Assembly: GCA_965153355.1 (NCBI GenBank)
Contig: OZ231126.1
Span: forward strand, 23,808,001-23,872,000
Reading direction: 5' to 3'
Length of the DNA: 64,000 bases
Source: Flaccisagitta enflata
Lineage: Eukaryota
In this document: positions 25,211 to 39,827 of the stretch, piece after piece
Layout: the number at the start of each line of letters is the position of its first letter
Numbering within the stretch: position 1 is the first letter of the stretch
Program-made: the position numbers and the translations under genes
The notes under the pieces: model-generated
The model's input: only the letters and a program-made list of their open reading frames with translations
Databases searched by the model: none
What the model was told of the DNA's origin: nothing

Positions 25211-28200
25211 TTCTTTCTTATCCGTCACATCCGCTCTCTTACGGTTCTACTCTCTCTTAAGTATTTCGCCGTTACCCTTCCTTCCATGTTTTACACATTT
25301 CTTATGTCTCTATAAGCCATTGGAAAGTTCTCTATTAGATAGATACGATTCAAAATCATAGAGATGAACCACAACAAAAATATATTCCTGGGACCTCTAA
25401 AAATCAAAGCCGCCCCCCCCCCCTCACATCCCATAGAAAATGTAAAGGAAGGATTTTGACTTCAACTTTTCCTATGTTTTATCATAGGAAAGGGGGTGGG
25501 TGGCGACCACAATTCATAGGGGTTCCAGGGTAGGGTGGTCGGGAATTGGGTCAAATTTCATATGACAAATTGCCAGCAAAATAGCCGGTTTGGAGGACCA
25601 GCTGGTTTTGTACCATGAAGTAGGGTCTGAGTGTTGTTTTTTTGGGCTGGAGACTTCTTGTTGGTACTCATTAGATGTATTTTTCCAAAAATGATAGAGT
25701 TTTGACCCCTTTTATGGACTTTTAAAAAGTATTTTGCAAAAGGAAACATCCAAAATGAAGAAAAATTGTATGAGGCCATGACAATTCTTTGGAAACATAT
25801 CAATTCAAAACGTCAGTATGGAAACATTTGTCATTGATGTCCTCATTTTTTTGGTCATATCCCTCAAAGTACCTATCAAGATATGACATGAGTTTTTTCG
25901 ACCCTTAGATCTCATGCTAAGGCCGCTAGATAAAAATCAACATTTAAAATGTCAGTTGACAATTAAGTATTTGAAAATTTGACAACATATTTTTCTCTGT
26001 TAGATAACCCTACTTCCCGTGACCGCAGCCACTTCAGATTTTAGGACAGTGTAGGATATTGCCTAAGGTTGCTCTATGTTAAATTTTATGATAATCGGTC
26101 AACATTAAGTGGGGTTTCCACATCATTTTGTATAAATTGGGTGTGATTTTTTTATTTTCGAATAAAACATTTCTGGAGCGGGAAGACGCAGTTCTTGATT
26201 TAGGTAGCATTTTTTGCATTTTGAAAACATACGTTTCTTAAAAATCAATTTTATAAGGTCTGTATGTTTTCAGATTTTTCGCTTTTGCATCCCCTATGCA
26301 AAACGGCGTCTTCCCGTGAAGGTTGTTGATGGTTAAAAATGTTCTGATTTTTCTGCTTCAACATGAATACAAAAACAACCCTCTAAACTCATTTGAAATC
26401 GTGTTTTCTGGCCATAAAATGTGCAAAAAAATGTCAAGAGCGAGCCTTACATTCTATTATCTTGCACGGTGTCAATTGGGGCAACTACATCCACCCCAGC
26501 ATCATTAATGCTGAAGATAGTAAATTGCAGATTGGACGTCAATTGAGATGCTTGGGACTATGAAGATGAATAGGAGAGAAAACAAAACAAGATGAAGAAG
26601 AAGAAGAAGAAGAAGAAGAAGAAGAAGAAGAAGAAGAAAAAGAAGAAGAAAAAGAAAAAGAAAAAGAAAAAGAAAAAGAAAAAGAAAAAGAAAAAGAAAA
26701 AGAAAAAGAAGAAGAAGAAGAAGAAGAAGAAGAAGAAGAAGAAGAAGAAGAAGAAAAAGAAAAAGAAAAAGAAGAAGAAGTAGAAGAAGAGGAGGAGAGA
26801 TGGAAGAGGAAAAGAACAGAGGTAAAGAAGAAGAGGAAACAGGTCGCTAAAGTGTCAAATGGTCAGTGGTTCCCGATGCCCCATTCATTTTTAAGATAAT
26901 CTTTGATAAATTGGGTTTATGGGGCAGCGGCCCTGGAGGAGCCAATGATCTATAATTCCATACAGGGTTGATTTGAGGCCTGGAAGGATTTATTTGGTTT
27001 GAGGATAGGAGTAGCAAATTTTAAAACTGCGCAATCCACTTTAAGGAGGTCTGACTTCCGGCTTGAATAGAGTGATATGAGGGCTGGAAAGGCTAATTTG
27101 AGGCTTTATTATGGTGATTTGAGACTCAATTAGAGATTTGAGACCTGGGAGTATCAATACAAGAGAGGCATGATTAGGCTGATTTGAGACCTGGGGAGGC
27201 TGATTTCAGGCTTCTATGACTGATTTGAGGCCTGAGGTAGCTGATTTAGGGCCTGGGAAGGCTAATTCGAGGACTGGAAAGGCTGATTTGAAGTCTGAGG
27301 AGGCTGATTTGAGGATTGGGAAGGCTAAGTTGAGGCTTGATTATGAGCCTCAGACTTTAAAAGAAAACAGAAAAAAATCACTGTCATCGGCCCCTCCAAG
27401 TCCACTGCCCCCCCCCCCCATAGAAGTAGAAGTAGAAGAAGAAGTAGAAGAAGAAGATGAAATCATACTAACAGAATGAGATGGGGTGGAAGGAAGGAAA
27501 AGAAGAAAGGGGAGAGAGTGGAGTGCCGAAAACTGCGATTTCTAAGGAAGCTAACGAACACACCAACAAACTGACAAACAAATCAACAGATAGACTGATG
27601 GACAGACCCTCTTACAGAGATGCGTTCCTGATGGACGCATCTAAAAAGAAGTTGTTGAACAGAATAGGAACAAGGCCGGATACGCAGCTACCCCAGTCGC
27701 GTGCGGGTGGGCTGGGGCTATATATGAGGTCACTTGATCACTTGGGCAGGAGCAGTGAGGCCAAAGACCGCAAAAACCCCAAAAAAGTAAAGTGTGACAG
27801 ACGGACGGACGGACTGACGGACGAACAGACGGACCGATGGACGGACCAACAAAGCGGAATGTAGAGTCGCGTAGCACGCGACTAAAAAGAAGAGGATGAA
27901 CAAGAAGAGGATGAAGAAGAATATGAGAAGAAGAGGGTGAGAAGAAGAGGATGAAGAAGAAGAAGAAGAAGAAGAAGAAGAAGAAGAAGAAGAAGAAGAA
28001 GAAGAAGAAGAAGAAGAAGAAGAAGAAGAAGAAGAAGACGAGGGAAAAATAAAAAGAAAAGATGATGTGGAAAGAGCAAGGAAAATGTTTCATTTTTCTT
28101 CAATTTTTTCTCAATCTTCATGAAACAAATCGGTCAAAATCATTAGAACAGAGCTGGAGACAAAGGCTTTAAGTAAAATAGTAAGTCTGTGACATTTTTT

Positions 28201-29307
28201 GAATGATAAAACCGGTCTAGCATCAATAAAACTAAGAAATAAAGGCAGAAAAAATGATGATTCCTTACCACCCTCATACAATCTGAAAAATCATCATTTT
28301 GCACTTATGCGACCCAGATTTTGCATAGATTTTTGTTTTTTTGTTATCCTAATACATCATTTTACCATTTGCAACTGGAGTTTTGACTGCATACAAAACT
28401 TTCATTTTTGCTCCTTCTGGACCCCTAATTTTGCCCCTTTGCCGGCATATATTGATATACTTGGGCCCTTTGCACAAATATCCAAGTAAAGAGGGATTTC
28501 TCACAAGTTGGGGTGTGAAATCAAACAAGAAACCTTGTCAGTAAAACCATAGGCTTTCTATGGGGACTTTTTTTTGCCATAGGAAGCCTATAGTTTTGCC
28601 GACATGGTTTAATCTTCAAATTCAGACCTCTGCTTGTGGGAAAACCTTCTTTTTTGGTACATTTTTGCAAAAGACTAGAGTATATCTTTTTTTGAAATTT
28701 GACCCTATTTCCCGACCTCCCTATTCCAGGGCTTATTTCTTTTACGTGGATCAACTGTATGCATGATTAAGAGCCATATCCCTCAGAGAACTTTTTTTAT
28801 GACATCGCTTTAATTGTTGTTAGACTATGGCCGTCATACTCTAAATGAGTTTTTTAGGTGCGCCAAAGCACCTCTGTAACTGGCTGTGTCCGTTGGTCGG
28901 TCGGTTGGTCTGTTGGTCGGTAACACATTCGTTTGATGATCCACACGGCGCACCTTATTGGCCTACTTGGCCTTGTTATCTCTAGACTTTCGCCCTGCCA
29001 CCATGCACCACAACTATATCAGTCGACGACGATGTTGACGTCGATGTTTACATGGACGTTGGATAATGAGGTGGACAGTGACGCGGATGCTGACGTGGAT
29101 GCTGACATGAACGTAGACGTTGAAGCTAACGTGCATATTGACGTGGATGTTGACGTGGATGTTGACGTGGTGGTTAACTTTACAACGTTGACGTTGACGT
29201 AGACGTTGAAGTTGATTAGATCAATTTCTGCGTTTCTCTGTTCGGCTCTTCGAGGGCGGCCGACGAAGGTTGACTCCCCGTGTCTAAAATAGCCTGTGAC
29301 AATCAGT

Positions 29308-29451
<144 letters not shown>

Positions 29452-30543
29452 CAGAGAGAGACAGAGACAGAGACAGAGACAGCCAGAGAGAGAGAGAGAC
29501 AGACAGAGAGAGTCAGAGAGCTTACATTATTAAAAGAAACAAGAAAAAAAAACAAAAAAAAACAAACAAACAGAGATACGAGTACTCTAGACTGATAACA
29601 CAGTCAGCAACCAAAACAAAAACAAGACCAGATACATGGCCAATACCAGTAGCGGACGGGTGGGCAGGGGGGGGATATGCGTGTTTTCCCGCTTTAGACT
29701 CGTGCTGACCAACGGACCGACGGACGGACCGACGGAGGGACCGATGGACGCACAAAGCCTCTTAGTAGAGTTGCATGTCCGCAACTAAAAAAGACTGAAA
29801 CAGACAAATACTGGAATAAACGGAAACGGAAAAAATAACGTCTCTGACTGGTACTGTACGTTACTATCACTGCAACCTGAGATAAACAAGGCCGGATAGA
29901 CGGCTACCCTAGTTGCGTGTGGGTGGGCAGGAGCAGTGCTGGAGAAGGTCACTAGAGCATCTGGGCAGGAGCCGTGTGCTCAAAAAGCTCAAAAACGCCG
30001 AAGAAGTTAAAAGGGGACCAACAGACTGACCGACCAACCAACCGACCAACGGACCGACAAAGCGGGGTGTAGAGTCGCGTAGCACGCGACTAAAAATACG
30101 ATGGCCCAGATGAGTGATGATTGCCGAGAGGCCGGACAGTGCAGTGAAAGGCGCTTATAGGTCATTTCTAGACAGGCAGCGGTAGGCCAAAAACGGATGC
30201 AGTATGTTTGTTCTTATCCCCCAGTTTGGAACATCATCACATGTAAGTACTGCCCCTGCCCAACCGTCCACGACTTTTGCACTGTTTTGGACTTGTTCTT
30301 TAGTCGCGTGCTACGCGACTTTACACCCTGCTTTATCTATCCATCCGTCCGTCCGTCCATCCGTCTGTCTGTCAGTTCATCACACTTTTACTTTTTTATG
30401 ATTTTTTTTTACCTCACTGCTCCTGCCTAGAATATGGCCCCTGCCCACCCGCGACTGGGGTAGCCGTGTATCCGGACTGTTTTTTTTTCAACTCTACTTG
30501 TTACTTATTCGTCTTTTCTCCAACTTGGTTTTTCTTTCCTAGT

Positions 30544-30778
30544 TAGATGCGTCCGTCAGGAACGCATCTCTAAAAGAGGGTCTGTCCGTCGGTTGGTCCA
30601 TCGGTCGGTCGGTCCGTAACACCTGTGCAAAAACCACAGTTTTTGGCCACAGTGAGATCGACGAACATGTTTTGAGAGCCTCCTTCGTTTCAGCTGTCTG
30701 TCCCTCCAAATATGTCAGATGTTCAATACATGCAGAGACACAGTCCGGACGCATCGTTGCCCGGTCGGGCTTGTTTTC
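30544..30778 (+). mobile_element. Helentron-like element, family C
   Basis: ttagatgcgtcc...ggacgcatc subterminal inverted repeat plus gcccggtcgggc hairpin then ttgtttt. Relatives at ~15708-16019, 28851-28978 and 53049-53991. Confidence 0.7.
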
Positions 30779-30914
30779 CCTGTGTTCGAGTCTCGATTCT
30801 TCGGAGTTGAAAAAAGGAATGATTGACGATTTGTTTCTGCCATCGGTGCTTGAAAGAGAAAGATTGAAGACAAAGAGGCGTGGCTACTTTCATGTCCGTC
30901 TTCCAACAAATATT

Positions 30915-32200
30915 TGTGGCGTGGCTTTCCGCTTTTGGTTGTGACGTGGCTTCCTGCTTTTGATTGTGACGTGATTTCCTGCTTTTGTATGTGACATAGC
31001 TTCCTGCTTTCATTTGTGACGTGGCTTCCTGTTTTTGTCTGTGACGTGGTTTTCTTCTTTTGTTTGTGACGTTGAATCCAGCTTTTGTTTGTGACTTGGC
31101 TTCCTGCTTTTGTTTGTGACATGACTTCCTGCTTTTGTTTGTGACATTGCTTCCTGCTTAGGTTTGTGGCGTGGCATCCTGCTTTTGTTTGTGACACGGC
31201 TTCCTGCTTTTGTCTGTGACGGGGCTTCCTGCTTTTGTTTGTGATATGGATTCCTGCTTTTTGGGCAGCGGCCCCAAAGGGCCGATGTCCTGTAGGACAC
31301 AGGGGTGAATTTCCATACGTACGTACGTCCGTCCGTCCGTCCGTCCCCCCCTCGGAAGGCCTCAAATCCAGCCTCCCAGGACTCAAATTTGGCCTCTCAG
31401 GCCTCAAATCCAGCATCTCAGGCCTCAAATCCAGTCCCCCAGGCCTCAAATCCAGCCTCTCAGGCCTTAAATCCAGCCTCTCAGGCCTCAAATCCAGCCT
31501 CTCGGGCCTCAAATCCAGTCTTCCAGGCCTCAAATCCAGCCTCTCAGGCCTCAAATCCAGCCTCTTTGGCCTCAAATCCAGCCTCTTGAGCCTTATATCC
31601 AGCCTCTCAGACCTCAAGTTCCCATTGAATAACATGGCAAATTGACAAAAAATTGAAAAAAATGCAAAATTCCCAAATGTGCCCTCTCAGGACGTATGGA
31701 AATTCACCCCTGTGTCCTACAGGACATCGGCCCTTTGGGGCCGCTGCCCTGCTCTCACTCCACTTCTTCAGCTTATCACTCCAAGCAGGGCATCGGGTAC
31801 CGCTGACCATGTGCGATCCTTGGATGACTTGTTTTGTGATGTGGCTTCCTGCTTTTGTTTGTGACATGGCTTCCTGTTTTTGTTTGTAAAGTGGATTCCT
31901 GCTTTTGTTTGTGATGTTAATTCCTGCTTTTGTTTGTGACGTGGCTACCTGCTTTTTGTCTGTGACGTGGTTTCCTGCTTTGGTTTGTGACGTGGATTCC
32001 TGCTTTTGTTTGTTACATGGTTTCCTGCTTTTATTTGTGACGAGGTTTCCTGCTTTTTTTTGTGACGTGGCATCCTGCTTTTGTTTTTGACATGGCTTCC
32101 TGCTTTTGTCTGTGAGTTGGCTTCCTGCTCTTTGTTTGTGACGTGGCTTACTGCTTCAGTTTGTGACCTGGCTTCCTGCTTCAGTTTGTGACATGGATTC
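30915..32200. repeat. 25-bp minisatellite (ttttgtttgtgacgtggcttcctgc)n interrupted by an insertion
   Basis: Units on both sides of 31258-31835. Confidence 0.92.
31258..31835 (+). mobile_element. Full-length Helentron-like element family D
   Basis: ~55-bp subterminal inverted repeat (gggcagcggccccaaagggccgatgtcctgtaggacacaggggtgaatttcc), (GTCC)n, 21-bp minisatellite, inserted into a T-run without a distinct TSD. An inverted copy lies at 35554-36196. Confidence 0.75.
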
Positions 32201-32748
32201 TTTTTGGTTAGTGGCGCAGCTCTTTTTTTTTGCGTGGTGTCCGTTAACTCCGTTATAAATACTTTTCCGCCAATTCGACCTATTTTTGTGATGTGGTTTT
32301 TTTTTTAATGTCTGGCATGTTTACACACATTTTTGTATCGTGACTACCGCTTTTGATCCCTGCAGACAGTCCGAGGATCAATGGAAACACTTCCTTTGAT
32401 GGTTGTGAAGCGAAAGTTTACACAAGAATGCGGTGCAGCTACCGCGAACACACATAAAATATGCTGCATATGTTTTTCCCCGCGTCTAGAGTAATGGCAT
32501 AATTCACGTTCAGCAGCGACCTGCAAGTCACGTCCCAACAGAATTTGGGAGAATTACAATGATGCTGCCGCGCCGGACTGAAGAGTTAAGACCAATATGG
32601 AGTTTATCGCGGTTTTCCTGATTTTTTTCATCTCTTTTATTAGATTTAGTCATTTTATCTTTTTGCACGCGCGTAGGCTACGCTATTTCGGTCCGTCCAT
32701 TGGTCTGTCCTTTCGTCACACATTCGAATAAGAGAGAGAGAGAGAGAA

Positions 32749-33023
<275 letters not shown>

Positions 33024-33194
33024 TAGAAAGACCAACAGATACACAGAGGGAGAAATGGGTAGAGGTCCAGACAGTCAATGAGACCGCAAATCTCAGAGGT
33101 TGTAAACTTTGTAACCGTGGCAGTTTTATGGCTCTAACGTGATAATGTCTTATTGTTTTCTAGTCATAAACCCATAACAATAAATCTCCACCGT

Positions 33195-33344
<150 letters not shown>

Positions 33345-33415
33345 CCCCTCAGCGTTAGTTAACGCGTTCGAGGATCCACCGAGTGCAGGTTCTCTTCTGT
33401 TGCTGAAATTGTGGG

Positions 33416-33504
<89 letters not shown>

Positions 33505-35163
33505 AACATGTTGTTGACGCGTAAATTTAAATTGTGAGGTTGGTAAAACTGAAAGGAACAAGGCCGGATACACGGCTACCGAAGTCGCGTGCGGGTGGGC
33601 AGGGGCCATATTTGAGGTCACCACACCATTTGGGCAGGAGCAGTGAGGTCAAAGAAATAAAATCATAAAAAAAGTAAAGTGTGACCAACCAACCGACCGA
33701 CCGACCGACGGACAAAGCGGGTTGTAGAGTCGCGTGCACGCGACTAAAAAATGTCACTGAGAAAACGACCGCCAACATTAAATTCTGGAAGCCAAACAAG
33801 ACTAATTGATCTCGTTCGAAGCGACTAATAAAAACGCTAGAACCGACTGACATTTTATCTCGTCCCGATTTACAAAGTATTTTTTTCTGCAACCATTGCT
33901 ATAGTCGGGGATCTTAAGGAAATGCCGTGCAAAAATTTTCAGCAAGCTCTAGAAATTTGCATATGGAACTATTTTTTCATGCTGAAGACAGCCAAACCAT
34001 CCGTTTTTCAAAATTTTTTTAGCACCCCTTCTAAAAATTGCTTTTTAGGCCATTTTTCACTTCAAAACGTCATAACGGGTAAACCGTTCAGGTTGGCTCA
34101 ACAAAATTTTACATGGTGAAATATATGATATTTCTTTAGTTACATACCAAATTTCAGCTTAATTGGTTGAATAGAAGCGGCGTTATTGAATTTTAAAGTC
34201 TAGGTACCTTTTTTCAAAAAAATGCCAAAATTTTGAAAAGGCCTTTCCCTAGGCTAAATGGTTCAACTTCATGCCACAAGATTTTGCATGGTCAAATGTA
34301 TGATAAAAACCGACTTGCATGTCAAATCTTAGCCTCTCAGCTCATATAGAAGCGGAGATATGAATGTTCAAAGTTAAGCATATTTTTTTGAGAAAAAATC
34401 AAAAACTACAAAAAAATGATTTTTTCTCCTCAACGACAGATGCCACCAACCTGAAATTTTGCATGATGAATAATATGACATTTTTTGAGTTGCCCACAAA
34501 ATTTGAGCCTTAAAACTCAAATAGAAGCGGAGATATTGTCATTTAAAATCTAGGTACCCACTGTTCCAAAAAATGCAAAATTTTGAAAAGGGCTATGCCT
34601 AGGCCAAACGATTTGGCCGATTGCCACAAAATTTGACATGGTGATAAGCATTATTAACACCTAATTCCATGTCAAATCTGAGCTATTAAACCCTTATCAA
34701 AACAGAGTTATGAATTTTTAAAGATTTACCAATACCTTTGGAAAAAAAACAATAAAAATAGAAAAAGTACCATTACTTCTGAACTATAGTAGCCACGGAG
34801 ATGAAATTTGTCATGATGAATTGTGTGATATTAACGACTCTACATGCCAATCTTTAGCTATCTAGCTCACACTGAGGCCGATATTTAGGCTCTTATAGTC
34901 TAAACCCTCAATAAAAATGGCTTAAAATGACTATCAGGCCGGGTCTTTACCCTCTCAGGCCTGAAGTTTTCCCTCTCAGGCCTTGAATCTGAGAGGGAAG
35001 ATTTAGGGCTTAAGGGGTCATGTTTCAGGTCTGAGAGGGCAGATTCAAGGCCTGAGAGAGCAGATTTCAGGCCCGAGAGGGCAGATTCCAGGCTACAGAA
35101 CTTTGTCCACTTTGGGGCCGCTGCTCAAAAACAAAGAAGAGGATTGGGCGCTCAATCCAGGAT

Positions 35164-35512
35164 TAGGCTGTAGTGAAATGATGAAAACTGCCTCCACCTT
35201 TATCATTGGGGATTTTTATTACGGTTTAGACCTTTAGGATGTAATCCATGACAGTTTTAATACATATTTCGATGGTCTAGTTGCGCGCAATTTGACCACA
35301 ATATGCAAATTAGATTTGTGGATTAGTCAGATTAACTGATATTTTTCAAAAATCATTGAAATCTCATTTGCATATTGTGGTCAAATCGCGCGCAACTAGA
35401 CCCTTCAATATTGATGTCAAATGAATTTCCTTCTATTCCTAAGACCCATACCCGTCATAAAAATCCCCAATGAGATCAGTATGTGGAGAATTTATCTTTC
35501 GACTACAGCCTA
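35164..35512. mobile_element. Palindromic MITE-like element
   Basis: taggctgtag...ctacagccta ends; inner arms ctagttgcgcgc.atttgaccacaatatgcaaat / atttgcatattgtggtcaaat.gcgcgcaactag. Confidence 0.65.
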
Positions 35513-36629
35513 GCGCTCATTGGGAGATATAGTTTAATATTGAGTGCAATTTGAAACAAGTCATCCAAGGATAGCACATGGTCAGCGGTACCCAATGCCC
35601 TGCTTTGAATGATCAGCTGAAGAAGTGAATTGAGAGCGAGGCAGCAGCCCCAAAGGGCTGATATCTAGTAGGACACAAGGGTGAATTTTTTTTTGTCCTG
35701 AGAAGGCATATTTCAGGCCGTTTGGGCAATTTTCCATGTTGTGTGAGTTAAACTTTTTTCATCAATTTCTGGTCAATTTTCCATGTTATTCAGTGAGAAT
35801 TTTTTTCTTTTCATTGTTTTATCAATTGTCTATGTTATCCAATTGGAAATATGCATTTTGTACATTTTTCTGTTAATTTTCCATGTTATTTGATGGGAAA
35901 TTTGCATTTTTCTATTTTTTTTGTAAAATTTCAATATTATTCTAGGGTAAGTTTGTGTTTTGTCATTTTCTTATGTTATTCAATGGGAATTCAAGAATTG
36001 AGAAGCTTGGGGGGGGTTGGCGTACGGACGGACGGCGTATGGACAAATGTTGGACGGATGGACAGACGGACCGATGGACAGACGGATTAATGAACAAACG
36101 GATAAATGGACAGACGGACAGACAGATAGATGAACATAAGGAAATTCACCCCTGTGTCCTACAGGACGTCGGCCCTTTGGGGCCGATGCCCAAAAAGTGT
36201 TCCAACAGGACACTGATGCATCATATGGTCAATGGTTTCTGATCCCAAATTGTCTATCATAATTTGCTGAGGCTATTCAGGTGCTGCATTGAGCAACTTG
36301 GCCCTTGCCCAAATAGATCAAAGTTGCTATGTCTCTGATCTAGCTTCTTTTTAGTTACTGACACGCGACTCTACACCTTGCTGTGTCAGTTGGTAGGTCG
36401 ACTCTACACTAGGAGGCTTGATTAGTGGTTCAGAAGACCAAGTTAGGGGCTATGGGGAATTAGTATCAGGCGTGAACAGCTTTAATTGGAGTCTTGGATG
36501 TTTGATTTGGGCTTCAGGAGGCAGTGAAAAGAGGTTTGATAAGATGCCCTTTAAATCAAATCTTGGGTCATAAGAAGTATGGCCGGAGGGAGGGGAAGTG
36601 GAAAAATTGAAAAACAAATTACCTCATGT

Positions 36630-38728
36630 AGAGGGGTCAAACGCTAATTTGCATAATTTTGTCACATCAATTTTTCTTTTCATTTCCTGTTGTTAACATT
36701 GCTACTAGTCATTTGCGACAATTTTCGAGCCATGAGACCATATATATTGCTCTATAAACAATGGGGTGAAAATTACACATGCACTGATTTTCCTGCCTGG
36801 CATGACATGTGAGGTAGAATGTCATTAAAAAATTCCAAAAGTGCTAAAAACTTGTTGAATATGTTAATTAGTGTAAGATACATAAATTTTCACAGTCTAA
36901 TTCATTTTTCCATGATCCCAAGTATGAACATAGTGAATAACCATTTCTTTTAATCAAAGACCAAGTTCTTTAAAAGTTTTTTTTTCATTTCTGTGAAAGA
37001 AAATTGCACTTCGTTCACAAACAAGGCTGGATATACGGCTACCTCCGTCGGGTGGGAGGGTCAGTGACAGAGGTCTTTCAAGCATTTGGGCAGGAGCGGT
37101 GAATGTATAAACGCCAAAAAATGAAAAAAGGGGACATGGACATGGCTGGGAGTAGAGTCTCATAGCATCTGTCTGAAAAGGAGGTTAATTGTGATTTGTC
37201 ATTTCACTTACTAGCAACTCTAAAAGTAGCTTTATCTGTTTGTCCATCTGTCTGTTCCTCTGTCGATCAGTCCATCCGAAACGCAGATAACCATAGATCC
37301 GAATTTCTCATTGCTCACCTGTACATAATACTCCACACTTGATTGCAATGGCTGATTAGTAGGCTGGTTACCTGAAGGGTGAATTTGGCTCAAAATTCAA
37401 AATTCCTCCGCCATCTAACCATACATTCTAAGCGGCATTTGGGCAGTAAGTCAGACAAGCAGAGGTCGGTATTTGATCAAGAAACCCGCACGGCAACACA
37501 TTGGTAAAGTATATGAAAGAAATTTTACGCCCATTGTAACTCTATAGTGTTGCCGTGCGGGTTTTCTTTCAAGATACCGATCTCCGCTGGCCTCAATTCA
37601 TTTTTAAATATGACGTAGAGTGTAGCAGTCCACAAAAGAGAAAAAATGCTCATTTCATACGATTTTTTGAGCCATCATGAGCCCTTGGGAGCCTTTTAGG
37701 GGGCTCCTAGGGGTCCCAATTGTCCACTATCTATTTGTGCTTCTTTCTAATCTAGGTGGCCATAAAACAGGAATTAGTATAACACTCGGGTATTACATAC
37801 GGAAAAAAAAATTGCTCAGTTTATACTATCATCGGACTTTTTTTTAAAGCCCCAAGGGTCCTTGTAGGGGGCCCCTGTAGGTCCCAATCCCCAGTTACCC
37901 TCCTCCATCCCTCCCCTACACTAGATGCTGAGGTCTAATGGGTAAGTATAGAACTCATGAAAAAAAATTGCTCATTTCCTCCAATTTTTAATACATTTAG
38001 AACCCTTGAGAGCCCTATAGTAGGGCCCCTAGGGCCCCTGGGGGCCCAAAGGCCCGTTATCTATCAGTGCTTCTCCTTCTACACTTGACTGGTGGGCTGG
38101 AGATGCGTTTCAGGACTACAGAGCGGAAAAAAAAAGAATTCCGTTCTGTTTATCCTTGATTTGATATTTATGCTACTGTTAGACCCTGCTTAAGGCAAAT
38201 TCGCGTGGCGCCGCGTGACATTCAAGCTTATCCAAAAACAGATTTAGAACCCCCATGGGGTGTTTTATAAGCCTGACCCTGAACTTTTCGAGTCCATATA
38301 AAATTCTGTCCATACTGACAAGTTAAAAACTCCCTAATCATTTTTGCTAATATTGCATTAAATTTTTGGAGAAAAAAACTACATACAATCATTCCCCAGT
38401 GTCAAATGAGTCCAAATCATTCATAAAATACATCTGTTAACTTAGTTTAACACAATGTAAAACGATTTGATTGGATACAAATTCGAAAATAGCGCTCCTC
38501 TACACTGTGTCTCCTTACTTATTTTCTATACGTCTAAGCATAAATTGAAACAATACTTTTTTGTGAACATTTTACATCATTCGAATCGTCTCAGCGTCCT
38601 CGATTTCACTGTCAACAAATTTTTTTTCATTTTCTGATCATTTTGAGCCTAAAATTGAACGAATCAACCTATGTTTTGATATAAAACAGATAGTGTAAAC
38701 AAAGCTGGTTCCACGGGTTTACCCCTCT
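36630..38728. mobile_element. Non-autonomous MULE-like element
   Basis: Short TIR agaggggtcaaac / gtttacccctct; perfect 9-bp TSD acctcatgt. It splits a family-D repeat end. Confidence 0.65.
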
Positions 38729-39282
38729 ACCTCATGTGAAATCATAGGCCCCTTTAGGGCCACTGCCCAATGAGGATGGCCAAAGTGAGCATCTTGAATA
38801 TCTGAAAAAAAAACTATGTTTCAAAAGCCATAAAGAAACTTTGTTTTTGACTTTAATTACCCCTTGCCTCTTTCAACCAGAAATGAAGAAAAAAAAGTGA
38901 AGAAAAAGAAGTGGGTGAGAGTGGTAGTTTCAGCATGGGAGTGGAAGGAGGAGTGCAATTCTTGAATAGTTGCAAAAGTATTAGATGATCAGCAGTATCT
39001 TTGGCCCCTACATGAGTGTTTGTGAATGTGTGGTAGTAAGAGGGACAGTGGCCCCAAAGCTTTAAGCTTCAAGCACAGATTTGAGCCTTAAGCTGAGATA
39101 GGTACCTGGAGGCTGAGTTTTGAACCTGGAAGCTGAGATTTGGGTTTTTCCATCTCTGTCCAACTGTTAGCGAAGGGTCATATGGGTCTCCATTACTTTA
39201 GTTAAGCATGTTTGGATGATCAATGGAAAACGTAATATGAGTATGTAAAGGTAATTCAGTCTGGTAATCATACTTATTTATA

Positions 39283-39827
39283 CAGTACCTTCCGAGCGAA
39301 ACCGGCTAAAACTGGAGGATTAATTTTTGTTACTTTAATTTCATTTTCCAAACTTCATTTTTTATATATAACTTAATTAAAAGATACTTAATTCCTTGAA
39401 CATATTTAGCTGTCAGAAATAATAGCTTGTGAAATCAAAGTGCATGAAGACATCAATATGGAGTGTTCTAACCTAGACCATTGAATTCAGCAGATAATTT
39501 TACCTATCCTATCCTAAATTATTTTGAGACAAATGTCCTTAAAAACTTAAAATAGCTGTAAAATCTGAAATGATTGTCTGATTGAGCTGTTCTTGTACTT
39601 TAGGATAGGTAAAATTTTCTGCTGAATTCAATGGTCTGGGTTAGAACACTCCATATTGATGTCTTCATGCACTTTGATTTCACGAGTTATTCTTTTTGAC
39701 AGCTAAATATGTTCAAAGAATTAAGTATCTTTTGATTAGATTAATATAAAAAATGAAGTTGGGAAATGCAATTAAAGTAACAAAAATTAATCCTCCAGTT
39801 TTAGTTGGATTTGCTCGGAAGGTACTG
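39283..39827. mobile_element. Tc1/mariner (pogo-type) palindromic MITE
   Basis: TA|CAGTACC...GGTACTG|TA with ~230-bp inverted arms. Confidence 0.85.

Noticed and set aside
25320-26510. AT-rich segment with transposon-like texture (also 28100-28850)
   Set aside because: No convincing TIR/TSD pair or coding remnant could be read, so it is left unclassified.
30715-31645. 306-aa ORF with LDLRPER repeats resembling a leucine-rich or pentapeptide repeat protein
   Set aside because: It spans a 21-bp minisatellite inside an interspersed element plus a 25-bp satellite. The same DNA recurs elsewhere with stops.
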